Part shown: positions 62,430 through 64,000 of the stretch, piece after piece
How the letters are laid out: each line of letters starts with the position of its first letter
Position numbering within the stretch: position 1 is the first letter of the stretch
The notes under the pieces: generated by a model
Seen by the model: the letters and a program-made list of their open reading frames with translations, nothing else
Told to the model about the DNA's origin: nothing
The model's database searches: none
From: Mobula hypostoma
Lineage: Eukaryota
Direction of reading: 5' to 3'
DNA: 64,000 nucleotides
Assembly: GCF_963921235.1 (NCBI RefSeq)
Contig: NC_086097.1
Span: 152,770,001 to 152,834,000 of the forward strand
Position numbers and translations under genes: made by a program

Positions 62430-64000
62430 CATTCTCAACAGCCAACCAAAGGTGGACCCTTGAACAGCTGCCCTTCTTCTAATGTGGGCACTCCCACATT
62501 ATTGTTCGGTGGGAATTTCTAAAGATTAGACACAGCAATGATGAAGGATCACTAATATAGTACCAAGCCAGGATGGTATATGACTTGGATGGAAACCTGC
62601 AGGAACTGGCGTTCCAAAGTATCTACTTCCTATGCCCTGCTTGGTGGTAAATGCCTCCATTTTGGGAAGTGCTGTCATGGTAGCTTGGTAAGGAATTGCA
62701 ATGCCTTGTGTAGATGACTCCTGTAGATGCACAGCAACCACTAAGCACTGATAGTGGAGGGAATAGAGATTTAGGGCTGTTTTTGGGGTGGTATAAACAA
62801 GTGGATTGCTTTGTCATAGATAGCAATAAGCTGTCGGAAGCCTGAGCTGATTCTGCGTATGGAAAATATTCCAGCAGACAACTGGCTATTGTCTTATTGA
62901 TGATAGAAAGACTTTGGGTTTTCAAATTTGAGTCATTCACTACAGACTACCCAGACCCTGACCTACTCTTGTAAGCAAAGTATATATGTGGCTGTTCCAT
63001 TTGAGCTTCTAGTCAATGGTGACTCCCAGGATTTTGATTATTGGAAATGGTGATGACAATATCATTAAACATTAAGAATCAGTGGTTAGGCTTTATCTCG
63101 ATGATGGTCTTGCCTGGTACTTCTGTGGCATGGCTGTTACTTGCCTCTTATCAGTGTACGCCTTTTTGCATGTAGGCAGAGACTGCCTCATTTGCTGTCA
63201 ATGGAATTGATCATCATCTATGAATATCCTTCCTTCTTCCTTACCTTATGTCTTTGAGGCTGACTAGGTCAGAACATGTAACGTTGAATCAGCTTCGAGG
63301 GTCTGGCAAGTGAGACAGAAGATACTGACTGCGATTAAGTATATTAATAATTTCCTTACAAACAGTAAAAATTCAACCAAACTTTTATGTTCCCCAAGTT
63401 ACAGAAACTACAAAGCTGAACCTTCAACAAACGTACATTTAACAAATATACTTGGGTAAAAGCCTGTGCAGAAGGCATACCTTCCCAATGATCATGTGCA
63501 CCACTTCTCTTAAAGGAAGAGAGAGGAAGAACCTCCCACGTGTGCTCTCTATATACTTAGGATATTTGAAACCGGACACCAGGTAGCTAACTAGTTGGAA
63601 AACTAACCAATCACAACAGAAGTAACTTTTGACAACAGAATATCCCCCACCAGGACAGAACAATTCCTTAAGAAATTCCAGCAGTGATTTCCTGGGGTCA
63701 TTTCTCCAAAGTGTGACTCCAATTATCAGTGTTTTTCCCTTGGCTCATCAGTTTGATAAGGTTTCTTAATGCCTTGATTTCATCTCCTTTCCAGACTTCA
63801 GCTCTTGGTCCAAAGCAGTGGTGAGATCAGGAGTCATCTGATCCTAGTGAAACTCAAAATGAACATAATTGAAGAGGTTATTGATTTGTATCCACTTTTT
63901 CACAGCACTGTTCATAAGTTTCCATCACTTTGCCAGTAATTGAGTGCAGGCTGATTGAATGGTCATTTGCTGGATTATATTTCTTTGTCAATTTGTGACA
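62430..64000 (-). mobile_element. Very old CR1/L2-group LINE remnant (discontinuous)
   Basis: agtcaatggtgactcccaggattttgat reads IKILGVTID on minus; the 3' part resembles 51200-51320. Confidence 0.5.

Noticed and set aside
1..64000. CRISPR array, rRNA or prokaryotic operon/defence system (RT plus nuclease neighbourhoods)
   Set aside because: No regularly spaced repeat-spacer array or rRNA seen; all RTs and nucleases belong to eukaryotic retrotransposon families.

Overview
Eukaryotic, repeat-dense DNA, most likely intronic or intergenic sequence from a cartilaginous fish (shark or ray); this is inferred from HE1-like V-SINEs and abundant CR1/HER1-type LINEs. I could not support any host protein-coding exon: nearly all long ORFs are decayed retroelement fragments. 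Contents: (1) at least seven large CR1 LINE copies, some with ORF1 (Cys knuckle + SGNH esterase) and APE/RT ORF2. (2) Many Rex1/Babar/L2-type RT remnants, plus non-coding elements sharing their 3' tails. (3) A decayed Gypsy LTR element with both LTRs and a near-perfect TSD. (4) Several Penelope-like (GIY-YIG) elements and pseudo-LTR fragments. (5) A BovB-like RTE 3' fragment, a HERO-like 3' fragment, a mariner-type MITE remnant and tRNA-derived SINEs. The most interesting signal is a dispersed set of minimal type I hammerhead-ribozyme motifs (helix I-CTGANGA-helix II-GAAAC-GTC/GTT-helix I) in the Penelope pseudo-LTRs. They occur as solo copies, as palindromic mini-elements, in a tail-to-tail element with outward-facing CCAAT/TATA promoters, and once split by the Gypsy insertion. 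A few non-repetitive homeobox-motif-rich islands are candidate conserved enhancers. All boundaries were placed by eye and are approximate unless a TSD is given.
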